Positions 51,673 to 64,000 of a stretch of DNA of 64,000 bases are shown piece by piece. This DNA is from Mytilus edulis (lineage: Eukaryota). The position numbers and the translations under genes are program-made. The notes below the pieces were generated by a model that had not been told where the DNA came from, did not search any database, and worked only from the letters and a program-made list of their open reading frames with translations. Location of the stretch: NCBI RefSeq assembly GCF_963676685.1, contig NC_092356.1:61814001-61878000 (forward strand), read 5' to 3'. How positions within the stretch are numbered: the first letter of the stretch is position 1; the number at the start of each line of letters is the position of its first letter.

Positions 51673-54600
51673 CACAAAACTACTTCAGGTTGTTTAAACA
51701 ACAAAGGATGTGCATACAGAGTTCACGAAAAATGAGATAGGACATAAATATTTAAATTGATTTTTTGGAAATCGATTAAACAACTTTTGACAAAACCACC
51801 TATTTTGACAGACAGACGCTTGAACATATCATAGTCACATATTAATTACCTGTATCAGAATAAGACACAATATGTTTATAAACGAACAACACACTTCTGA
51901 TAGATTAATAGCTCATCACAATCAATTTCTATTGTAGTAATAATCTAATATATTTCATATCTGCGATTTCGACAGGTTGAAGGAAAGTGTTGGAAAAAGG
52001 GGGGATTTAAGTAAAAATACTAATTGGGAACATTCAGTTTCGATGCAAATTATAATCATGGTGTTTCTACAACATTCACTTGCACCTTTTATGAATCAAG
52101 TATATGATTGTTTATCTTTAAAGAGATGTATATATAACAGTCAGGTGTAATGATAAAGATAGGTTCAATTTAAATTTGTGGTATAAATCAACCCTTCAAA
52201 TTGGGAAATACATCCTCACATTAGAAAAATAAACAACAAAGGCAGTAAAAGAGAACAAAAACTGGTCAGAAATGTCTAAATGACCCTTACTATGCTGACT
52301 AATGCTATAATTGTTAATTTCTATGTCATTTGGGTTTCTTTGGAGATTTGTCTCATTTTCAATCGTACCAAATTTTTATAATTTTTATGATTTAAAACGA
52401 CATAGCGACCTTGACCAATTATAAAACCTTGAACATATCTTTAAAAGATTGAATATTATCCGATCAATTAATTACCTTCTTACTACAGGTATAACTATGT
52501 CTTTCTATATTCTGATTTCACGCTTTTGTAGCTCTTTTGTCCATAATTCAAATTAAGTGACAGATATTAAATGTCTGTGTATAGAGACTTTCTATGCTAG
52601 AAAACGTAGTATAGAAAGTCAAGCTGTGCACTACCATGACTTTCTAAACGTAAATATATCATGTGCTGAAATAAAATCAACATACATTTAAATACATATG
52701 GCTGCATAAAAGACCGTAATGGTAAAATACCATGGAAAAAAGCCGTAATGGTTGGTACAAAAAGCAAATAATCGAGTAATTTTGGTTTTACAGTCATACT
52801 GATTTAGAGTATAATTATTGTACTCTGTCAGAATCACACCAATCAAAATACTGTGTTTATTGTTTCATTGACGGATCTGGGAAACCCGGAAATATTGCTT
52901 CCTTTTCAAATTGTTATAGATATCACAGGCGGACGGACATGATGCATCATCACAAAATTTTCGACAATTTTATTTTTTATGAATTCATTATAGCAAACCG
53001 ATTATTTCTCTTAATGATGAGTATTCTTCAACAACGAAAAATGTTGCCCTCAGTATTGAGGTGTTTTTCAATTTTATCATCACCTCTTATCTTGTTCTCG
53101 CAATTTCCTTAACCGATGCATGATGAATGTTTACGAAAACGAAAAAAAAAACCCGCAACTTCAACCCAGACTTTTGTTCATTAGACCGTCCATATTCAGG
53201 ATCTTGTTAAGATTATGTTCTATAGCTAATTAAAGTTTTCCTTATTTACAGAACATCAATAGTTGCATTCCTGTAATCTGAGATATATAATAAAATGTAC
53301 GGTAATCATATTCGAACTTAGAATGATCTGAAACTTAGCATATGATATAGAAACATATTTATTGTCGAACTAGATGTAGTTACTTATATTCCTTGGTTGC
53401 TTTCTCAATAACATATGCAGCGAGATCTTCATTTGTAATACTCAAATTTGTATTCTCTTTTTTTCTGCTGCTTAAGATATTCACTTTTTCAGGTAGTCAT
53501 CCTGTCATATCTAAAGTAAACAAACACCAGATCAAAATATGTTTACCCGTTCATTGTGTATCACTGATATTTTTTGTGTGGAAAGAGAGTATTTGGTATC
53601 AGTTAATACAAAAACCCAACAACAATACAATACATCTATTGTTTGTGTTTCGAAATTTATCATAATTTTCTACGAGTGTTAAATTGTTTATTGAGCATGC
53701 TAAATTCTGTTGCTTACATTATCTGGTTCCACAGCTTTATTTGTATATTTTTTTTCTATTTAAGAATTATTTTGGTTGATCTTTATTATATATGGATCAG
53801 ATATGGTTTGTCCATTTAAAGACTGGCTAGAACAGATAAACTGTTGACCACTAAGATCAGATCTGTCTCTCTGTTTTGTAATTTTGTTAAATACTGCAAA
53901 TGTTGAAGTCAAAATGGCAGTATTTTAACATGAAATAGAAAGGCAAGGATACCAAAGAAGCATTCAAACTCATAAGTCAATCACAAATCGCACCAAAACT
54001 TGTAGCGATTTCAGATGGCCTGAAAGAGAAAGCAAATCCTACTTCAGCTCAGGCTCCCGTCGTGTTGGTTATTTAAGTATAAACCAGGTGATATCTCTAA
54101 TGAGTAAACGTTGTGTAACTGGTAAGTTATCAAGTCAGGTAATTTGCATTCACAAATTACTTAAAACCTTTACCAAATTCTTCCATAGATACAAAGATTT
54201 GGTTGGCAAAATTAGCTACAAAATTGGCTATACCTGTAGACAACCTATATCAAACGGAATAGCACAGTCTTTTTTTATGATTGTGTTGCTTCAGAGCCCG
54301 GAAATATAGATACAATCCAGGAAAACTTATCAATCCTTTAAAAGGACCTACTGTGAAAGATTTCTAATTCAACTATATAAATTATTTCTTTGAATTTTGT
54401 CTTTATTGGTATAAATATCAATTGTGTTATCAGTAAATTAAATTCATACTAAATATTGTTTTACATACATATTTATATCTTCTGTACAGAACAAACTGTA
54501 CTACAATCAGTCGATACCTGTGTTTTGGCAAAAGGAAATGCTTTTCTCTGACATCCATTGGATGTGTACTGATTGATATTCTAGTCTTATACTTTTGTTA

Positions 54601-55565
54601 TGGGTTTCAAACTAGTTGTCAGTAACTCCTAGTAGTCTCACATCTGTTAATTGATTCTATGTTGTAATGAGCCTTGGTACGACTGGTCTTTGTTTTTGTT
54701 TTTGTTAGATGTTTTTATGGCTTATATTGAACTGAAAAGTTAAGGCCTTCCAACTGAGGTTTTGATAGTGTATGCTCATGCTGTACTGTTACACTACTGT
54801 ATAATATAAGGAGGAGTGAGTCTTAGTGCCTTCAAACGTGTTTAGCCCCACCATACTTCAATAAGCTAGTTCAGTGGTTGTTTTTAGTTCATATCGGTCA
54901 TATTTGTTTTCAGTAAATTGTTTTTATAAATTAGGCCATTTTCTCGATTGAATTGTTTCAAATTAGTCATGTACGGGGCCTCTTATAACCGATTATATGG
55001 TATAATTTTTTTCATAGATGAATGCTGTACAGTTGCCTAGTATTGCTTACGTCTACTTTGTTTAAACTTTGGTGGATAGTTGTAATATTATTCATACCAC
55101 AACTCCTTATTTTTATACAAACCCAAACTTTGAAACTATGCAAAAAGTATTATACAACTGCATACCAAATATCATTGAGTTTTATCTTAAACTGATATAA
55201 TCAACCACTTTTATATGTGCACTATGTAATCCAATAATAAGATAGACCATGACTAAGGAGGAGGAGCCAAAAAAATCTCCATGGAAAGTAAATTATCAAT
55301 GCTAATATATACCAAATATGATTGACTTGCCACTTATATTTCCCTGAAACTGACCAAATCACAACCTAATAATAAAAAGTTTTGTCGTCTATAGATCATT
55401 ACTAAGGCAGAGGGGTCTAATAATCTTCATTAGATGAATTAGATGTCATTGATCCAAAGAAGCAGATCATTCTAATATTACACTAATTATGGTGTAACCA
55501 TGAGGGTTTCCTTTATATTTGTTTAATTCATAACATTATACACAAAACACTATTCTGTTGAAGTT

Positions 55566-58500
55566 TTAATCAGAATCTGACATAGTGAACTCTTTAACAA
55601 TGTCCTCTTTATCATCGACATCATCTGACATGTCTTCATCTTCACTGTTTTCATCCTCATCATCATCTTCATCTTCATCATCAACATCATCGTCATCATC
55701 ATTTTGATCTTCATCATCATCCTGATTTTCATCGTTGTAACTTTCATCCTCCTCAACTTCACTAGCAGACTTTGCAAGTTGGTCAAGGTCATCACTATCA
55801 AAATCACTAAATCAAACAAATTGGATAATCATAATAAAATAATATCTATAACAATTTTTTTTCATTTTTTACATTTTCCAAACTTCCATATCGTCCTTAT
55901 AATGCTTACATTAAACACTTACATGTAACAGAGTACAATATGGTAAAATTCAAAATATATTTTATCATTACTAAGGGGTACAGATTAATTTTCATGAATA
56001 AAATAATAACTAGAACAAGTATTGGTTTTTTATTACATTTCCTAAACTTCCATATTATCCTTATAATGCTCAAATGGAACACTTAAAAAATGCACAAGGC
56101 AAAATTCCACAGTTATTCAACCATTACAAAGAGGCACAGGTTGTTGTTCTTCTTAAAATGAAGGGATGCAGATGCAAACTGATACCAATGATTATTGTCT
56201 ACCATAAACACAGTTGATCAGGAAAAATTAACATTACGAAATTGTAAAATCAAACGTCACTCAGGCATAATGCATACTTATGAACTCAAAATTAAAGAGC
56301 AAAGATGTTAATGCAACAACATACTAAATCTATCGGGTTTCTTAGTTTTACTTTTTCTTCGACTTTGCTCAATATTTGGCTTAAAACATTTGTATTAAAT
56401 TTATTTTTATATAAGGCATTGCTTATATATCGATTTGTTATTCAAATTTACATAAATATAAGTTGTTATCATTTATTAAATGGTGTTAACTGTCCGCACT
56501 TGTTACAATTGCCTACGGTAATGTTTAAGTATTGATAATATGTCTTGCACATTGGTCCTAGTACAAACATATATCGTTGGCTTTGATTTTGTTAATGCAA
56601 ATAATTAGGTGAGTATGACAATAATAATAACAAGTATTTCGAGGCAATTAGTTTATCTCAAATGTTGTTTATTCTTCAAAATCACTATAGTAGAGATATG
56701 ATAACAAACTTTATTAATAAATAAATAAGCTTTATGTTATAGTCAAAATTGATGCAAAACAAGACAACACAATATAAGTTCTATATAGCTTTTGAGAGAA
56801 GTGCAATTGAATGAAGTGCATTTGTAAATTGCAAAATGTATTTGCTATCCATCCATAAATTATATTTCTAAATGTCTCCAAACATAATGGAATGATGTGC
56901 TTAACATTTGATACACTAGTATTCTACATTGACTGTTGATCTGTTTACTCTGCGTTTTGGTAAGAATTGATTACACTAGCAGCCTTACCATATCTTCTGC
57001 TTTCTTATGTAACATGTGTGCGATGATTGTGAACTTGCTTATAGTAAATAAGTCTTACCTGTAATTCTCATCGGAATTGTCTGCCTTTGCCTTTGCTGGT
57101 CTTTCACCTTTTGGTAGGAACCTTTAATGATACAAAAAAATATATATTCCCGTTCATCTTTGGCGTCTTCATGTATGGCAATATAATACAACATGAGTCA
57201 ATTGTCTCAAAATTATTGTTTGGTCAAGTTTTGTTAAAAAAATATCACTAAAGGCATTTAACAAATGTTATTTAATACTTGATTCTACGGTGTCAGTGTG
57301 AACTGTATGACAGTCAACTCTATATAAATACCAATGCATTATCCATGTGATTGTACATATTGTTTGAGGTGCTAGAGATATAATATCCAGCTACAAAAGT
57401 AAATTTGATGTCAATATTAATACTCTAATAATTCCACATGGAGCAGGATTCACTTCCACTTTCATTTCCAGGTTTTTCGTGAGATTTGCATTGCTAAGTC
57501 TTTTACTAGTCTTTTCATCACTTTTTTGTTTTTGCCATGATATTGCTAGTTTGTTTTTTACTTCGTCTTTGAAATTTCTTTTGAGATTTTTCGCCTTTTT
57601 TTCTAATCAGAAGTGCTCAAACCATAATTAGAATTATAAAAGTGTCAAATGTAGGAATACAATTAAATCCAAAATCATGTATGATATATAACAATGTATA
57701 CGGAGGCAAGGCAGACCCTTATAAAGGAGGTCTCATTGGAGAGTTCTGATCCCAGATCGCTACTACTGTTTTGTCAGATTCTTGTATCACGCTTACACTA
57801 TGTACGTAAGCAATTCTCATCTTTTTGTAATTTCCTGTGTCCCACTAGACTTCATTTCCTGTTTTCACAGCACAGTAATTTGACATTCATGTGTCCCGCT
57901 TACCAAAAAATTGGCAATCCCGCATCAGGCTTAGACCTGAATTAGACCCACTTTAAATAGAAACTATGATTACAGACAGTTTTCTTAAAAATCTGTATTA
58001 ACCTGGTTGTATCATCATCTGACTCATCACTGTCTGATTCAAACAAGGCAGAGAACTCTTCCTTTTCTGCAGCTGTGGCCTTCTGAACTACTTTGGGTCC
58101 TTTTGGTCTTTCAATAATTGGTATATTTGCCTCAGCCTTAGAGAGTCCCTAAAATTAAATAAATGTAATGTTTATTTGGAATCACAACGATTGCTGCATT
58201 AATAAAACGAGGCAGGGGTAACCTCCTTAAGAGAACAATGTCAGTTTTATTTCGTATCTTTTAGTAATCAGATATACAAATTTGATAATAGATTATAATT
58301 GTATAGTTGATTTCAGCAATTTGTTTAAAAAAACTAGTTGATGTTTGAGATAATAATATATCAGGAACTTTAGTTTTAAAAATGTTTAGAGTATTCTGTA
58401 ATTAATGCTTATCAGTACAACTTTCATCGTTAAAATATTTAATATATAAAACTGTTAAAAGCATTTAAAAAAAAAGTTTTGTTCACAACAAGGACTGCAT

Positions 58501-59762
58501 TCCAAATTTACGAATTAAAAAAGACTCTGATTATTGTAATATGAAGGGACATTACAAAGTGAAACAAGAATGTGTCCAAAGTACACGGATGCCCCACTTG
58601 CATTATTATTTTACATGTTCAATAGACCGTGAAATTGGGTAAACAATCTAATTGGCATTAAATTAGAAAGATCACACCATAGGGAACATGTGTACTAAGT
58701 TTCAAGTTGATTGGACTAAAACTTCATCAAAAACTACCTTGACCAAAAACTTTAACCTGAAACTCACACTTTAATTTTCTATGTTCAGTGGTCCTTGAAA
58801 TTGGGGTCAAAAATTTAACTTGGCTGTAAAATTAAAAAGATCATATCATAAGGAACATGTGTACTAAGTTTCAAGTTGATTGGACTTCAGCTTCATCAAA
58901 AACTACCTTGACCAAAACCTTTAACCTGAAACTCACACTTTCATTTTCTATGTTCAGTGGACCGTGAAATTGGGGTCAAAACTCTAATTTGGCATTTAAA
59001 TTAGAAAGATCATATCATAGGGCACATGTATACTAAGTTTCAAGTTGATTGGACTTCAACTTCATCAAAAACTACCTTGACCAAAAACTTTAACCTGAAG
59101 CCAAAAACTTTAACCTGAAATTTGCACTATCATTTTCTATGTTCAGTGAACCGTAAAATTGGGGTCAAAACTCTAATTTGGCATTCAAATTAGAAAGATC
59201 ATATCATAGGGCACATGTATACTAAGTTTCAAGTTGATTGGACTTCAACTTCATCAAAAACTACCTTGACCAAAAACTTTAACCTGAAGCCAAAAACTTT
59301 AACCTGAAATTTGCACTATCATTTTCTATGTTCAGTGAACCGTAAAATTGGGGTCAAAACTCTAATTTGGCATTTAAATTAGAAAGATCATATCATAGGG
59401 CACATGTATACTAAGTTTCAAGTTGATTGGACTTCAACTTCATCAAAAACTACCTCGACCAAAAACTTTAACCTGAAGCGGGACAGACGGACGAACGGAC
59501 GAACGGACGAACGAACGGACGGACGAACGGACGCACAGACCAGAAAACATAATGCCCCTCTACTATCGTAGGTGGGGCATAAAAAACCAGAGTCCTCTTT
59601 TGATTAACCTGCATCTGCATTTTTAACAAATTCTTATCATTAGCTGACCTGTTCTTTAGCAGCAATCTGGTACTGCAATTCTCTGTCTCGTAGCTTCCTC
59701 CATGTGGTGAAGTATTTACCCAATGGGGTACCAATATTCTTACACTGTTGTTCCCATGCTGT
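55566..59762 (-). CDS. NOC2L: NOC2L last four exons, unit 4: 59649-59762, 58003-58148, 57059-57121, 55566-55806. Continues beyond the right edge and may be the end of the complete gene
   Basis: Intact GT-AG exons, open frame to the acidic tail and TAA. Upstream exons would lie beyond 64000. Confidence 0.8.
58563..59585. mobile_element. Helentron-type (pearl/MgE-like) element with five 169-189-bp satellite monomers, unit 4 only
   Basis: Monomer marker tactaagtttcaagttgattggac occurs five times; (GGAC/GAAC)n microsatellite; terminal hairpin atgcccc..ggggcat; empty site agtgaacaaaaccag at ~22745. Confidence 0.85.
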
Positions 59763-60719
59763 CTGTAAAAGAGTAGAATTATAATTGTTTAATTCATTTC
59801 ATTTAGTTTGTATACATCTACTACAACAAGATGTTCACAAAGTATAAATACACCAACAACAACACCATTTACACCAAGTATAAATATATCAACAACAACA
59901 AGATCTTCACCGATAATGCATAAATGAACAATGACTATAGCTCCACCAAGTATAAATACATGATCAACAAGATCATCTCCAAGCACAACATTAGTAAGAT
60001 CTTCTCTTAGTATAAATACATCAACAAAAAGATCATCACAAAATGTAGGTTTATATGCACCAACAACAACAAGATCTTCAGAAATTACAAATGAACTAAA
60101 CGCAACAAGGATATATTATTCCCTTAATAAAATGCTTTTAACTTTGGATAGACACCTATATTTCGTTGTTTTAAACATATTTGTAAGCAATATATAAAAT
60201 ATATATAAACCAGATGCACCACAGGGTGCAGCTTTATACAACCGCAGAGGTCAAACCCTGAACCGTTGGGGCTAGTATGGACACAACATTCAAACTGGAT
60301 ACAGCTCTGATTTTGGATTGTGATTAAATAGTTGACACAGCATAGGGTTTCTGACACAGAATGAATGTGGTCTAATGAACTTAAAATGTTTGTTTTTTTT
60401 GCTTTTGAGCAATTCACAATGCTGTTGAATATTAATCCTTTGATATTTGAAGAAATTTTCTTTTTCATTTCTGAAATCTGAAATAAGAAAAATTGAACCC
60501 CACTAATTTTTTTCACCTTCCCCTTTCCCTTATTCCAAAAATGATCTCAATTCAAATTTCTAATGGAGTTTTCAACAATAAATACTCATTTAAATACATC
60601 ATAAAATATAAAATGTCATACAGTCATGATTTAAGTTGATTTGACTACTATTCTGGACAAAGAAAGATAACTCCAATGCAACATTTTATATTGGCAAATT
60701 TCCAATGAAGTTCATTTAA

Positions 60720-60991
60720 GGTGGTACCCAACACTTTAACTAAAATTAATTTGGCTCTTTTAATTTTCTTAAAATTTTGACAAAGTATTTACTTTGACCC
60801 TTTCACAAAAATATAAAAATTTCAAAAAATTTGAACCAATCGTTTTATCAGAAAAATTACACTGGTTATATAGCAGTTTGACAAACACTTATTTTGATCA
60901 TTGAGAAGCTTGATATTCCCTTAACAACACAACATATAAAAACGTTAAGCTGATTTTAAAGAGTTATCTCCCTGTAGTGTTAGGTACCACC
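60720..60991. mobile_element. Unit 4 copy of the 272-bp TTAA MITE
   Basis: Same TIRs and TTAA duplication as 23866-24137. Confidence 0.85.
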
Positions 60992-63650
60992 TTAACTAAA
61001 GTTTTTGGCAAATTTCCAATTGACTTTATTAATAACTAAGTTTTTGGCAAATTTCCAATGTACATAATTTAAGAGCAGTTTAGGTGAGCTATTAAAATGA
61101 GTTTCAATTACCGACCTTACACTGCTTTTAAATTATGTTTTGTACTTAAGTAATTGTCCATTAACCTGGAAACCCTTTTCCCCTCTTTTTTGCACCTTAT
61201 TCCAACGGTTTGAGCCATAACTCCCAAAGACAATTCTTACCATAGCTTTCTGGTATTCCAATATCCAAAATCTAAATACATGGTTAGATTCATCATATCA
61301 AAGAACCCCAAGAATTCAATTTTTGATGAAATCAAATAAAGTTCAATTTTGGACCCTTTAGACCTCAATGTGGACCAATTTGATAACCGGTCCTAAATAT
61401 TAAAAATCTAAATACATGGTTAGATTCAGCATATTGAAGAACCCCATATATTGAATTTTTGTTGAAATCAAACAAAATTTAATTTTGGACCCAGATTTGA
61501 CCAACTTGAAAACTCAGCCCATAATAAAAAAACTAAGTACCTGTTTAGATTCAGCATATCAAAGAACCCCAAAAATTCAATTTTTGTTAAAATCAAACTA
61601 AGTTTAATTTTGGACCTTAATGTAGACCAATTTGAAAACGGGACCAAAAATTAAGAATATAAATACACGGTTAGATTCGGTATATCAAAGAACCCCAATA
61701 GTTCAATTGTTGATGAAATGAAACAAAGTTTAGTTTTGGACCCTTTTGGACCCTAATGCGTTGGGACCAAAACTCCCAAATCAATCCAAACCTTCCTTTT
61801 GTGGTCATAAACCTTGTGTTTAAATTTTCATAGATTTCTATTTACTTATATTAAAGTTATTTTGCAAAAACCAAGAAAAATGCTTATTTTGGGACCTGTT
61901 TTTGGCCCTAAACTATTGGGATTTAAACTCCCTAAATCAATCCCAACCTTCTTTTTGTGGTCATAGACCTTATGTTAAAATTTCATAGATTTCTGTTTAC
62001 CTATTCTAAAGTTATTGTGCGAAAACCAAGAAAAATGCTTATTTGGGCTCTTTTCGGCCCCTTATTCCTAAACTGTTGGGACCATAACACCCAAAATCAA
62101 TCCCAACCTTCCTTTTATCATCATAAACCTTGTGTTAAAATTTCATAGATTTCTATCTACTTTTACTAAAGTTAGAGTGCGAAAACCAAATGTCTCCGGA
62201 CGAAGACAACGACGACCATGACGCCAATGTGATACCAATATACAACCAAAAAATTTTCACTTTTTGCATTCGTATAAAAACAACATGTAAACATTTAATG
62301 CGTGACTTATGCGTCCGAAGCATTTTTCTGGATTAACCTTCATATGGAAGCCTCAAAGCCGAATATTTGAAAGCCAAAGATGCATAAAACAGAAACATTT
62401 TAAGAGCTATTTAATAAAAAAAATTACCTAAAATAATATATAATACCCAAATCCTTGACCTTCTAAGGCCAACTCAGCCTGATGGAGTTCAAACCTGATT
62501 GAGTTTCTTAAATAATGAATACAAAATTTATAAACAGGCAAATTTAGAAAGGTTTTTTGTTATTCATGGCAGTTGAAAAGTGCTGATTTCTGATCTCATG
62601 GTACCCTCTGGAACTGATCCAATATAGCGGGTTATTTTCGTGGGTGTAAAATTTCGTTGAATAAGGTATACGAAATATTTTGGCAGTTATTAATTTTGTG
62701 GAATTAAAACTTTTATCAATACCTTTGCATGTACATTTATAATTTGACGATTTTGTTCTACCCGCAAAAATAATTAAAAAATTTACAACCCGCAAAAATA
62801 ACCCGCTATACAGTAGTCCACCTGAAGAGGTATTAACCCAGTGATGTAACAAAGTGTATAAATGTAATGCCTCACAAGTGCTTTTCTGGATTAACCTTCA
62901 TCAGGAACACTTAATCCTCTTTTTGAAAAGTACAGTGGTGTGAACAACATATGAATGAACTGTTAAAAGAAGCATATTCTGGTTTCTAATTCGTTGAACT
63001 TTCTTAGCAAGAAATATTGGAAAGTTGAAACCAGGTAGAAATAAGAATAAATATTGCCAACAAAATGCCTGAACCCCCTGAATAATATTTGGTCTGTTGA
63101 CTCTTTATTTTGGTATCTGGTCTGTTCATTATATCATAGATACGATTCTCAAATTTATTGACTACTTTGAGTGTAAATCATACTAGTCTTTTTATTTAAA
63201 AACCCATCCCTGTTAGTGATTTTACACTGTTCTAATCCAATTGAGTTGTCTTTCTTTGAACAGAAAATTGCAGTTCTTCATTGAAATAGTCAAATACAAA
63301 ATTTCTATCAAAATTTAGGTTAGGAAAATGAATAGTTTTTTTTTCAACTTAGCATGGATTCAAAATGGTTTCTACCTTTAAATTATGATATAGCCTATGA
63401 TATTTAAATAAAAAAATATATAGATGTCATTTGGTTTTTCATGTCAAAGAATTGCTCATGATCACTATCTAAATTCCTATTAGTCAATATTTACATTTAT
63501 TCATATAGTCAATATAACACAAGATAATTTTAACTAAATACATTTAAATTGTAAACATTGTAAAGATAAGATAGTAAAAGCAATTTTAACATTGTTATCT
63601 ATAGTCGTTGGGCACAAGGAAGTAAAAAATCAATTCAGACATCTTTAAAA

Positions 63651-64000
63651 ATGGCCTTTACAAGTTCTTTACAAAAAGGACAAATTCCAGTAGGATGTGA
63701 AATATGCCAAGGTAAAAATAAGATCGAATTCAAATGTCTGGACTGTAACCTTTTAATGTGCAGTGGTTGTAAGGATAGAGTCCACTTAAGGATTGCAAAA
63801 GATCATAAGATAACAGATATAAAAGAAATAGGAAAACATGTTATTTTCAGTGAAATCAAGTGTGAAAACCATACAGGACAAGCATGCTGCCTTTTCTGTC
63901 AAACCTGCAAAACATTTATCTGTCCGAAGTGTGTAGCTAAATTTCATAATGGACATGAGTTGATTGAAGAAGAAGACTATAATGAAGGCAAAGTAGAAAC
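63651..64000 (+). CDS. Third B-box/NHL paralog, 5' part (runs off the window)
   Basis: MAFTSSLQKGQIPVGCEICQGKNK...HNGHELIEEEDYNEGKVE is open to the window end; missing from the ORF track because no stop is reached. Confidence 0.9.
   Translation, partial: MAFTSSLQKGQIPVGCEICQGKNKIEFKCLDCNLLMCSGCKDRVHLRIAKDHKITDIKEIGKHVIFSEIKCENHTGQACCLFCQTCKTFICPKCVAKFHNGHELIEEEDYNEGKVE

Overview
AT-rich, intron-containing animal genomic DNA. The repeat families and B-box/NHL gene suggest a bivalve, probably a Mytilus-type mussel (inference). The window is a tandem segmental array of about 4 units with a full period of about 21-25 kb. Each unit carries the 3' exons of NOC2L (nucleolar complex protein 2 homolog) on the minus strand. 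A single-coding-exon B-box/B-box/NHL-like beta-propeller gene (no RING, no coiled coil) is nested antisense in one NOC2L intron: complete at 5975-7216 and 26764-28011, running off the window from 63651, and deleted from unit 3 at a 5-bp microhomology junction (~51670). The nested paralogs differ in short clusters, roughly one or two per propeller blade, while their flanking non-coding DNA and the NOC2L exons are nearly unchanged. This looks like a diversifying recognition gene amplified together with fragments of a housekeeping host gene. Introns and spacers hold many copy-specific elements: TTAA MITEs, Helentron-type elements with internal satellites, a Harbinger-like MITE, a 4.5-kb TIR element with a decayed OTU protease domain, Penelope-like relics, and several minimal type I hammerhead ribozyme motifs. 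All comparisons were made by eye; no alignments or database searches were run.
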